Of a stretch of 55,938 nucleotides of DNA, positions 48,026 to 55,938 are shown one piece after another (the stretch's first letter is position 1; each line of letters begins with the position of its first letter). Source of the stretch: a virus (taxonomy: Duplodnaviria; Caudoviricetes); the IMG/VR virus record IMGVR_UViG_3300025098_000053, positions 1 through 55,938 of that record; one strand, given 5' to 3'. Position numbers and translations under genes: made by a program. Below the pieces are notes generated by a model. It searched no databases. It had not been told where the DNA came from and worked only from the letters and a program-made list of their open reading frames with translations.

Positions 48026-48178
48026 TTCAATGATAATAACTCTCTTGGGTTCTGGAGTTAAATCTTCAGCAACTCTATCCTCATAATGAGGCACAGGAAG
48101 TTCAAGGAAAGGTCGTTCAAATTCCTTCTCTTGTTCTTCCTTTTTTTTTATATATTCAATAACAAGTTCATCGTACAT
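48020..48178 (-). CDS. 52-aa small protein
   Basis: AGGAGG RBS; MYDELVIEYIKKKEEQEKEFERPFLELPVP...KRVIIIEL; not in the ORF track. Confidence 0.75.
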   Translation of the reverse strand: MYDELVIEYIKKKEEQEKEFERPFLELPVPHYEDRVAEDLTPEPKRVIIIEL

Positions 48179-48233
48179 AACAAACCTCCTTATATATACC
48201 TATAAGCAGAAAAAGAAAAAAGGGAAAATAATT

Positions 48234-48755
48234 ATGATTTTAGCATTAGATATTTCAACAACAACAATTGGTGTTGCTCTGATAAATAACGGCAAAGTAA
48301 GTTCAATAAACTATATCAGTTTGAAGAAAACAAAAGATTTGATTGATAAAATTCAGGAAACAAGTGATTGGTTTGATAATGATCCAACATTTCAAAAAGT
48401 AAAATATAAAATTAAAGAAGTTCGTATCGAACAGTTTTTACAATCATTTAGAAAAGGCATGAGTTCTGCTGCAACAATTACAAAGTTGGCAGGATTTAAT
48501 ACAGCAGTTCAATACTTGATGTACGTTAAACTTTCTTTGCGTCCCAATATGATTGCCAGTAATGTTGCAAGGAAATCAATAGGGATTAAACTGGATAAAC
48601 AGAAAGATACAAAAGAACAAATCTGTGAATTCGTTCATCAGCATTATTATCCACTCCCAAGAAAGATTCTTAAAGGTGGCCCAAGGAAAGGGCAAGAAAC
48701 ATGGGCAGATCATGCAAATGATATTGCAGATGCCATTGTTATAGGTTTAAGTTAA
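48234..48755 (+). CDS. ruvC: RuvC-like Holliday junction resolvase
   Basis: ILALDISTT.IG, IE and DIADA acidic motifs. Confidence 0.88.
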   Translation: MILALDISTTTIGVALINNGKVSSINYISLKKTKDLIDKIQETSDWFDNDPTFQKVKYKIKEVRIEQFLQSFRKGMSSAATITKLAGFNTAVQYLMYVKLSLRPNMIASNVARKSIGIKLDKQKDTKEQICEFVHQHYYPLPRKILKGGPRKGQETWADHANDIADAIVIGLS

Positions 48756-48790
48756 ATCCAAGTTAAATCAACTTAAATAACTTAAATAAC

Positions 48791-49219
48791 TTAATTCAAA
48801 ACCCTCCCATCCAATCCAAAGATTTTAGTTTTAATAGCTTCTTGATCCATCATTACAACTTCTTCCTCTTCTCTGGGAATTGCAAGCATAACCAAAAGTT
48901 CAGCTTGTTTAGTATTAACACACCATCTTGAATCTGATAACTCACCTTTCTCATCTCTATTTTCCCAGAATATATCATTTAAGTGGTGTGCAATATCAGG
49001 AACATGTCGCAACATCTTTGTAATTGCTTCCTGATGATCTTCATTTAGTTCATCCCAACGTTTTGCAAAAAAAGTATGTATTTTTTTTAAGTATAAAAGA
49101 TAACCTTCACCCAAAGCAATTTTACCGTTTTGAGTGATCTTCTTTATCTCTTTATTAATCTCTTTCTCCGCCTCGCGTCTTTTTAATCGATTTATCTTCT
49201 TAGCAAAGTTATTACTCAT
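48791..49219 (-). CDS. Hypothetical protein
   Basis: 142 aa; AGGAG RBS. Confidence 0.7.
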   Translation of the reverse strand: MSNNFAKKINRLKRREAEKEINKEIKKITQNGKIALGEGYLLYLKKIHTFFAKRWDELNEDHQEAITKMLRHVPDIAHHLNDIFWENRDEKGELSDSRWCVNTKQAELLVMLAIPREEEEVVMMDQEAIKTKIFGLDGRVLN

Positions 49220-49350
49220 TTCACTTTTTCTCCTATTTAAATCATAATGTGAAAAATATTTTATTTTTATTTTATAAAATATAAAACTTCTTTAATATAT
49301 ATAATCATAATAAGCAAATTTATTATATTTTTTATCGAAAGGAAAAATAA

Positions 49351-50115
49351 ATGCTCAACATACAATATCTTAAAAATAGAATGAATGATATCCAACAACC
49401 CAAAGAAGTTGAAAAGGAAATTAAATATGTTAATTTTGAAGAAGGCAAAACATATAAGGTAAGATTTTTACCAATGGAAAACGGAAGTTTCTGTAATGAG
49501 TATTGGTTGTATTACGGAATCGCAAAGCAGTTTTTTAAATGCACACATAAATTAAATAAGCCAGATCCAATTCATGAAGAGTTTTTAAAGATACAACAAG
49601 ATCCCGGATTAAGTAATAACTGGAATTATTGTAAGCCATTCAAACCAAAGCTTCGTTGTGCTGCACCTGTAATTGTAAGAGGTGAAGAACATAAAGGAGT
49701 GCAAGTATTTACATTCAATGAAAAGATTTATGGAGATTTAATCTCAATCTTTATCCATGAAAAGTATCAAAATGCTGTTGATCCTGTAAATGGATTTGAT
49801 ATTGTTGTTAAAGCATATAAGAAAGATAAGTGGCTTCGTTTTGATATAAAGGGTGATGAATGGAGCACACAACTTAATATGGATATTTCAGCATTAACAG
49901 ATGATTTCCCTGATTTGGATAAGATCTATACTGAATATGATTATGACAGAATGAATGAATATTTAAGGGCATACAATAACCTTAATAAGCCACAACAGTT
50001 CAAAACAGAGCAATCTGGTGATCAAACTCCACCATGGAAATCATCTTGGAATCAAAATCAACCAGCATGGCAGCCAAATCAGTATAATGAGCAAGAAAAA
50101 GTAAAACCTTTTTAA
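49351..50115 (+). CDS. gp32-like single-stranded DNA-binding protein
   Basis: VRFLP, C......DPI.E, VIVRGEE..GV and DPVNGFDIVV motifs. Confidence 0.85.
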   Translation: MLNIQYLKNRMNDIQQPKEVEKEIKYVNFEEGKTYKVRFLPMENGSFCNEYWLYYGIAKQFFKCTHKLNKPDPIHEEFLKIQQDPGLSNNWNYCKPFKPKLRCAAPVIVRGEEHKGVQVFTFNEKIYGDLISIFIHEKYQNAVDPVNGFDIVVKAYKKDKWLRFDIKGDEWSTQLNMDISALTDDFPDLDKIYTEYDYDRMNEYLRAYNNLNKPQQFKTEQSGDQTPPWKSSWNQNQPAWQPNQYNEQEKVKPF

Positions 50116-50174
50116 GTTTTTTGTAATAAAAGTAAAAAAATAATATATTAAAATAAAATAGGAGATAACAAATT

Positions 50175-50780
50175 ATGCAAAATGCAACAGAAATGTGGAG
50201 AAAAATTGGATTATCTAATAAGTTTTCACCAGGCAACTTTGTAAGAAGAAAAGAAGTTAAATCAATATTAGGAGAAGAGGATTGGAAGAAAGAAGATTCT
50301 GAGTTTTATTTCTCTGATATGGCCTATAATCTATATTTGGATTGGGCAGCTCAAGAAGATGAAAAGAAAGAGCCAAAAGAAGAGATCGTTAAATCTGAAG
50401 TTAATGATTTATTTCTTATGATGTGTGATAAAATCGGTGAAACAAATGCAATTGAATATGCAAACAAATTGCTGAAGTGGTTTATTGTTGATAAGAGTTA
50501 TCATACATTATCTATTGAATTCAAAACAAAACACCCATTAAAATATGCAACAGGAAACCTTGAGAAATGCATTAAGATATATTTTCAGGTAATAATGGCG
50601 CATGTTGATTTGAGTGGCCAGCTTCATAGAAATGAAATAAGAAACCTTTGCCAAGATCTTCACAAAACATTTAACTCTTTATGGGTATCAAACTTTCATG
50701 ATAATAAATGTTTTAAGATTGGAAATGAATTATATGTTGCTGGAAACACAAATCGTTTGAAGAAAGTTATAGTGGGGTAA
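50175..50780 (+). CDS. Hypothetical protein
   Basis: 201 aa; AGGAG RBS. Confidence 0.7.
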   Translation: MQNATEMWRKIGLSNKFSPGNFVRRKEVKSILGEEDWKKEDSEFYFSDMAYNLYLDWAAQEDEKKEPKEEIVKSEVNDLFLMMCDKIGETNAIEYANKLLKWFIVDKSYHTLSIEFKTKHPLKYATGNLEKCIKIYFQVIMAHVDLSGQLHRNEIRNLCQDLHKTFNSLWVSNFHDNKCFKIGNELYVAGNTNRLKKVIVG

Positions 50781-50784
50781 AATA

Positions 50785-51063
50785 ATGATCAGTTTTGATG
50801 ATGAAAAAAATGAGGTGCAAAAATACGTATCTCAAATAGAAGAGATCGTTGTGCTAATGAAATCTTTGGAACGTTTATATTCAAAGGGAACTTCAAGATT
50901 ATTGAGATCCAGAATTAGAAAGCTTAAGCAATCAATTGTTGATGTTCAAAAATCTTGCCTGCAAAAAGATAAAGAATATATAGAATCATTACCGCCAGAA
51001 GAGAGATTTAAAAAAGGTCGTAAGAAAGGCCAAAAAAACGGATTTGCAAATCCAAAGGAGTAA
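50785..51063 (+). CDS. Small basic helical protein
   Basis: 92 aa, K/R-rich, coupled in an operon. Confidence 0.6.
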   Translation: MISFDDEKNEVQKYVSQIEEIVVLMKSLERLYSKGTSRLLRSRIRKLKQSIVDVQKSCLQKDKEYIESLPPEERFKKGRKKGQKNGFANPKE

Positions 51064-51069
51064 ATAATT

Positions 51070-51432
51070 ATGGACCCGTATTCAAATCTTGCATTAAGCT
51101 TTTTAAAAGATGCAAAAAATCAAAGAATGATAATCCTCGTTTTAAGTGGATTAATCGCATTTGCCTTAGGTTATAACGCCAAACATTGCCCACCAAAGAA
51201 TGAAGTATGTTTTCAGGAAATGAAAGCAAGAGATAAATACTTTGCAAACTGGAATAAATGTAAGGAAGATAAAACAAAAGAATTAAATGCTCAAAGAGAT
51301 AAATCTGATAAAGAATGCAAAGTAAAGATCCAAAAAGAAATAGATAAACATGAAGCAGAATCTCAAATTGTGGATTGTGAAAAAGCCAGTGCATTATATA
51401 AACAATGCAAGAGAAGGAAGTTAATAAGATGA
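51070..51432 (+). CDS. TM-anchored coiled-coil protein (i-spanin-like candidate)
   Basis: N-terminal TM, Cys-containing coiled coil. Confidence 0.5.
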   Translation: MDPYSNLALSFLKDAKNQRMIILVLSGLIAFALGYNAKHCPPKNEVCFQEMKARDKYFANWNKCKEDKTKELNAQRDKSDKECKVKIQKEIDKHEAESQIVDCEKASALYKQCKRRKLIR

Positions 51433-51998
51433 ACCACATAATAGCTCTGTTGTTATCAACAGTAATGTTCTGTAATATTGCATTAGCAAAACCTTGGAAA
51501 TTAACAGAGAAGCATTTAAAGCCTATTAATCCTATAATGATTGCACAATTAGGTAAAACAGTGCCATATACAGGAGATTCACAATCACCATCTGTATTTA
51601 AATGGGAACCTGAACTTATGCCTGAGGTTGATCTTGGTGAGATTAAATTACAAGTATGGTTTTTAAACGATCATGTTCCTGCACCAATTGCTGGCTATTT
51701 ACTTACAGAAAATGATTGGAAAAGTGTTCGCAGAATTATTAAATCTGTTGATGGTGAATTACAAGCAGCAAAAGATAAAGAAAGAAAGATTTGCGCTGAT
51801 GCTGCTGCAATTGCTGCTCAACAATGTAAGGATTTAAATGAGCAGTTAATACAACAATTGGAAGATGCTAAAACATTAAAGGCATCAAATGAAAAGTTAA
51901 TTGATTCAAAAGATGATCAGTTGTTTTGGCTCAAAATTGGTTTAGGTGTTTCTGTTGGTATCACAACTGGAACCTTTATTTATCATGGGGTAAAATAA
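51429..51998 (+). CDS. Exported coiled-coil protein with C-terminal TM
   Basis: Start MNHII overlaps the previous stop; signal peptide and C-terminal hydrophobic helix. Confidence 0.55.
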   Translation: MNHIIALLLSTVMFCNIALAKPWKLTEKHLKPINPIMIAQLGKTVPYTGDSQSPSVFKWEPELMPEVDLGEIKLQVWFLNDHVPAPIAGYLLTENDWKSVRRIIKSVDGELQAAKDKERKICADAAAIAAQQCKDLNEQLIQQLEDAKTLKASNEKLIDSKDDQLFWLKIGLGVSVGITTGTFIYHGVK

Positions 51999-52696
51999 TG
52001 GCCAAAAAAAAAGTAAAAGTTGAAGCAACTGGATTAAAACATTTTTCTAATAATGATGTAAAACATAAGTTAAGCAAAATTACTGATGAAGATGTTGAGT
52101 TAATAACTAATCCTGAGGAAGATTTGTTTGAAAGTGGTCGTCAAACCCATCAAAGTTTTTCTCTGGTTTCTGATCTTGATCTTCCTGTTCAAACCAAAGG
52201 CCCTTTTTCTCCAATTGATAGGAGTAGATGGATTATTGTTGTTGAGAATTGTTTGATAAGAGGTGTTAAATCTGCACAGAAAATAGCTAAACTAACATCA
52301 CTTTCAGTTCCAACAACATCAACATTCATTAAAGAAATAAAAGCTAAATGGGAATCAGATCTTACAATCCCAGAAGTTAATATAAGAAGAGAAAAACTGT
52401 ATAATGAAAATGAAGCTATCTCACAATTTTGTTGGAGTAAAATACAACAAGATCCAGATGGAAAAAATGTTATACCCTTTTTAAAGTTAATAGGAGAAAG
52501 TTCAACAAGAAGAGCAAGATTGGTTGGCGCTGAAGTGGTGAGTTTAAATGTTGAAAAAGCAAATTCAATGAGATTAACTCAAGATGAGATGCAGGAACAT
52601 GCTGCAAAATTATTAGAGGTTAAACCCTCAGATCTTAAACAATTAGGTGATGCATTAGCATTAGAATTATCAGGAGGAGATTCAACTGATGAGTGA
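51998..52696 (+). CDS. HTH protein, terminase small subunit candidate
   Basis: Start MAKKK; SAQKIAKLTSLSVPTT HTH and RRARLVGAE motif. Confidence 0.55.
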   Translation: MAKKKVKVEATGLKHFSNNDVKHKLSKITDEDVELITNPEEDLFESGRQTHQSFSLVSDLDLPVQTKGPFSPIDRSRWIIVVENCLIRGVKSAQKIAKLTSLSVPTTSTFIKEIKAKWESDLTIPEVNIRREKLYNENEAISQFCWSKIQQDPDGKNVIPFLKLIGESSTRRARLVGAEVVSLNVEKANSMRLTQDEMQEHAAKLLEVKPSDLKQLGDALALELSGGDSTDE

Positions 52697-53978
52697 TAAA
52701 GAAAAGATAATAGTATTAGATACTTCCGTTATTCTCTATGATAGAAACGCAATCCATAATTTAGGCAACAATAACATATACTTGCCTTTGGTTGTATTAG
52801 AGGAGTTGGATAGGAAGAAAACAGCCGAAGGTGTATTAGGAGAAAACGCCAGATACATTAACAGATTATTGGATGGTTGTCGCAGTGAAGGTAATTTAGC
52901 AGAAGGCGTTCCTTTTGGTGAAGCATCATTAACAATCATTAAAGATTTTTGCAAAGATACAATGATAACTCTTGAAGAAAGAACAAATGATCATAAAATT
53001 CTTGCAACTTGTGCTTGGTTAAAACAATCAAAGCCACAAGCAAGAGTTCGTTTGGTATCAAAGGATATAAACCTTCGAGTTAAATCTGATGCATTAGGAA
53101 TTGAAGCAGGAGATTATTATACAGATTATGAAGATGTTGATGCAGAATTAACTGGTTGGAAGGAGATAAAGGTTTCCAAACAAACCATTGATAAACTATA
53201 TAAAGATCAAGAAATGGATCTGAATAAAAAATGGGGATTATCTGAGAACCAATTTGCTGTATTAAAATGTGGCCAAGCATCTGCATTGGTATGGTTATTT
53301 GCTGATAAGGTAAGATTGCTGTTTTCTCCAGAAGAAATAAAAAAAGAAACTGGATCAACACCTAAAAACAAAGAACAACTCTTTGCATTATCAGCAATGA
53401 TTACAGAAGCTATTCCTTTGGTATCATTATCAGGTATCCCAGGAAGTGGTAAAACATATTTGGCATTAATGGCTGCATTATCTGAGTTAAACAATGGCAA
53501 TTATGAGAGGATTATATATACAAGGCCTATCGCAACTGTAGATAAAGGAATTGGTTTTCTTCCTGGAACTTTGGAAGAGAAGTTTGATCCATTCTTGGCA
53601 CCATTATCTGATAACTTTCAGAATGCTTTTGGAAACTTAGATTATTTTCACCTTTTGAGAGAGAAAAAGAAAATAGATATTGCACCCATTTCATTTATCA
53701 GAGGTAGATCTTTAAAGGATTGCTTTATAATTGTTGATGAAGCACAAAATGCAACAAAACATGAACTTAAAACAATCATTACAAGAGTTGCAGAAGGCAG
53801 TAAAATAGTTTTAATTGGTGATACCAAACAAATAGATACTCAATATCTTGATGAAAGATCAAATGGTTTAACAATCATTGCAGATAAATTCAAAGGAAGT
53901 AAATTGGCAGCTCATGTTCATTTTACAAAGGGATATCGTTCTCCTCTTGCAACAGAAGCAGATTCATTAATCGAGTAG
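52689..53978 (+). CDS. phoH: PIN domain + PhoH-family ATPase
   Basis: VLDTSV, VLEELD, NDHKIL, SKDINLR; GIPGSGKT, IGFLPG, RGRS, DEAQN, GD..QID. Confidence 0.95.
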   Translation: MSDKEKIIVLDTSVILYDRNAIHNLGNNNIYLPLVVLEELDRKKTAEGVLGENARYINRLLDGCRSEGNLAEGVPFGEASLTIIKDFCKDTMITLEERTNDHKILATCAWLKQSKPQARVRLVSKDINLRVKSDALGIEAGDYYTDYEDVDAELTGWKEIKVSKQTIDKLYKDQEMDLNKKWGLSENQFAVLKCGQASALVWLFADKVRLLFSPEEIKKETGSTPKNKEQLFALSAMITEAIPLVSLSGIPGSGKTYLALMAALSELNNGNYERIIYTRPIATVDKGIGFLPGTLEEKFDPFLAPLSDNFQNAFGNLDYFHLLREKKKIDIAPISFIRGRSLKDCFIIVDEAQNATKHELKTIITRVAEGSKIVLIGDTKQIDTQYLDERSNGLTIIADKFKGSKLAAHVHFTKGYRSPLATEADSLIE

Positions 53979-53979
53979 A

Positions 53980-54351
53980 ATGAAATATTTATTGCTGATA
54001 TATATAAGTTATATATTTTTATTGCTTTCTTGTGGAGAAGATACTCATCAAAGAGATATTGTTGATATAAGGATTTCAAAAGATAAACTTGATTTAAGTG
54101 CATATACAGAATGTATTTATCCAGTAACAGCAATTGAACACAACCTAAACTATCAGATCAGAAGAGTTATATGCCAATATAATACTGAGGCATTAACAAC
54201 ATTGGAAACAGTTTATACAGATTCTGAACCACAAAATGAAATTAAGCATAAAAAAATATTTAAATGGTTTCGCAATCAATTGATTATTGATTATTATGAT
54301 TATAAAGATGGAGTTGAAATGAAAACAACATCAATAATATTAAATTTTTAA
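53980..54351 (+). CDS. Putative lipoprotein
   Basis: MK + hydrophobic stretch + LLSC lipobox. Confidence 0.6.
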   Translation: MKYLLLIYISYIFLLLSCGEDTHQRDIVDIRISKDKLDLSAYTECIYPVTAIEHNLNYQIRRVICQYNTEALTTLETVYTDSEPQNEIKHKKIFKWFRNQLIIDYYDYKDGVEMKTTSIILNF

Positions 54352-54528
54352 GGAGTATTGTAATGAAAACTGCGGATATTGTGGTATCTTGTATATCATT
54401 TTTTTATTTTGCATGCTTTTGCACACACTTTTTTTATTAAAAAAGCAAAATAATTTTACAAAATAGGCAAGTAAGCATATAATTAAAGATGTAAGAACTA
54501 TAAGTTGTTTGATGAGTTGTTTTCTCAT
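54340..54528 (-). CDS. Possible small TM peptide
   Basis: AAGGA RBS, A/C-rich leader, hydrophobic N-half; overlapped by an antisense unit. Confidence 0.4.
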   Translation of the reverse strand: MRKQLIKQLIVLTSLIICLLAYFVKLFCFFNKKSVCKSMQNKKMIYKIPQYPQFSLQYSLKI

Positions 54529-54628
54529 TAGTTTTCCTTTTTGGAATGTGTTTTTCTTTCGTGTTGTTTAGTGTTATGTTGCCAACTATAGTTTTTATAC
54601 TAAAAGATCTCTTCGGAGATTTTTTTTT
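54490..54628 (+). ncRNA. Candidate ~140-nt antisense sRNA
   Basis: TATAATTA at 54478-54485 and a cUUCGg terminator at 54605-54628. Confidence 0.5.
54605..54628 (+). terminator. Intrinsic terminator
   Basis: AGATCTC-TTCG-GAGATTT followed by a T run. Confidence 0.85.
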
Positions 54629-54763
54629 GGAAGCAAATCGTTGGATTTACCATTACTTCAAACAAATAAAACAAAATAAATGAAAAAAAGTTTTATATTT
54701 ACTCAAGTTCTGTTATAATTAAGAGTAGAACATGCAAAAGAACTCAATTAAATTAAGGAGAAG

Positions 54764-55627
54764 ATGATGAGTAAATTAAGTTTTGAAGATTTAGAAGAAA
54801 CAATTGCTGTAGATAAGAAATCAATGGAAGAAGAATTGTTTGCAGAAACAGATGATAGTATTCCATTACTCAGTGATACAGTTGTTGTATTAAACAAAAC
54901 ATTTACTCAACCTCAAGATGAATTAGCTTGGGATATTTGGGATTCAATCCCTAATGAGTTTCTTTGGAACGGATCAATGAAAAGCAGAAATGGCCTGAAA
55001 TATATACTTGAACAAAAAGGTATCTCCTTAAATGATCCTCAGGTTGCACAAGAATGCAAAGATAAAATATTGGAAGAAGCAGGAAAGGCAGCATTAACAG
55101 TTGATGATGCTATTTTTGATGATTTACTATCAATGAAATCTGATAATGAGGTTGCTGCTGTTTCACAAGAAGAATTCACACAACATGTTTCATCAAAACC
55201 TCCCCAAGAAGATAACACACTTCAATTGATGCAGCAACAGATGGATAAAATGCAAAACATCATTACACAACTATCAGAACGTGTTGTTATATTGGAAGAA
55301 GAAAACAAACTCTTAAACCAAATCAAAGAAGCACTCAATGAATCAGCTGCTAAATCTGAATCTTTAATTAAATCAACCCCAGAACAACAAACAAAAACAG
55401 CAGATCTCTCTCCAATAGAAATCATCAACACTTATACAACACCAAAGGAAGATACTCCACCAAAGAAAAGGAAACGTGGTCGCCCTGCAGGTTATAAAAC
55501 ATCCAATGCAACAAAAGAAAAACAACGCAAAGCAAGATTACTAAAATTAGAAAAACAAAAACGCAACCCCATCAATGAAACAGAACATAAACACAGAGAT
55601 ATGCAGTTTAACGTCTGTTTGAATTAA
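54764..55627 (+). CDS. Coiled-coil protein with AT-hook/NUMOD3-like basic tail
   Basis: AAGGAG RBS; KRKRGRP and TSNATKEKQRKAR motifs. Confidence 0.75.
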   Translation: MMSKLSFEDLEETIAVDKKSMEEELFAETDDSIPLLSDTVVVLNKTFTQPQDELAWDIWDSIPNEFLWNGSMKSRNGLKYILEQKGISLNDPQVAQECKDKILEEAGKAALTVDDAIFDDLLSMKSDNEVAAVSQEEFTQHVSSKPPQEDNTLQLMQQQMDKMQNIITQLSERVVILEEENKLLNQIKEALNESAAKSESLIKSTPEQQTKTADLSPIEIINTYTTPKEDTPPKKRKRGRPAGYKTSNATKEKQRKARLLKLEKQKRNPINETEHKHRDMQFNVCLN

Positions 55628-55938
55628 ACACAAAACACCATAAAACATATTCACTCAACAAGAAAGTAAAACAGAAGTATATCCTCATAACTCTTTTAAA
55701 ACTATGCATGCAGAAACATATAAAATTCAAATTTACAAATGAACTTCACCGCAAAAGAAAAAAGCGGTTAAAAATAGAAACAACAAAAAACGCACACATA
55801 TACATTTCAGCTATACCTGAAAGGAAAGCGCATATATCCACTCATTAAACAATTCATATGCTCACATACATTCATATTCTTATTAAACATACAGAGAAAC
55901 AAACACAAAAAAAGCCAACACAAAAAGAGATAAATCTC

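Noticed and set aside
5361-53500. Many antisense and alternate-frame ORFs in the track
   Set aside because: Shadows of well-supported genes with no RBS or recognisable motifs
1-55938. Stop-codon recoding
   Set aside because: Standard code gives dense full-length genes ending in TAA, TAG and TGA

Overview
AT-rich dsDNA tailed-phage (myovirus) sequence. It carries a nearly complete SPO1/Herelleviridae-style morphogenesis module: TerL, portal, prohead protease, scaffold, major capsid, neck, sheath, tube, tail chaperones, tape measure, baseplate and fibres. Accessory genes include an amidase endolysin, RuvC-like resolvase, gp32-like SSB, PIN-PhoH, His-Me and PD-(D/E)XK nucleases and a TerS candidate. 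I recognised no polymerase, helicase, primase or integrase. A TSP3-repeat protein with a MYXO-CTERM-like tail suggests a Myxococcota host (inference). Most unusual observations: (1) a dispersed 88-89 bp bipartite inverted-arm element in five copies plus a half site, with polarised orientation; (2) apparent genome-wide avoidance of GAC/GTC unless a CpG overlaps it; (3) a membrane operon pairing a non-canonical class III nucleotide cyclase with a Ca-binding surface protein and a Cys-rich peptide; (4) several promoter-terminator bounded sRNA candidates, one arranged like a type I toxin-antitoxin pair; (5) two origin-like TTAAGTT fields sharing an identical 28-bp hairpin. All family calls come from motif recognition by eye; no searches were run.
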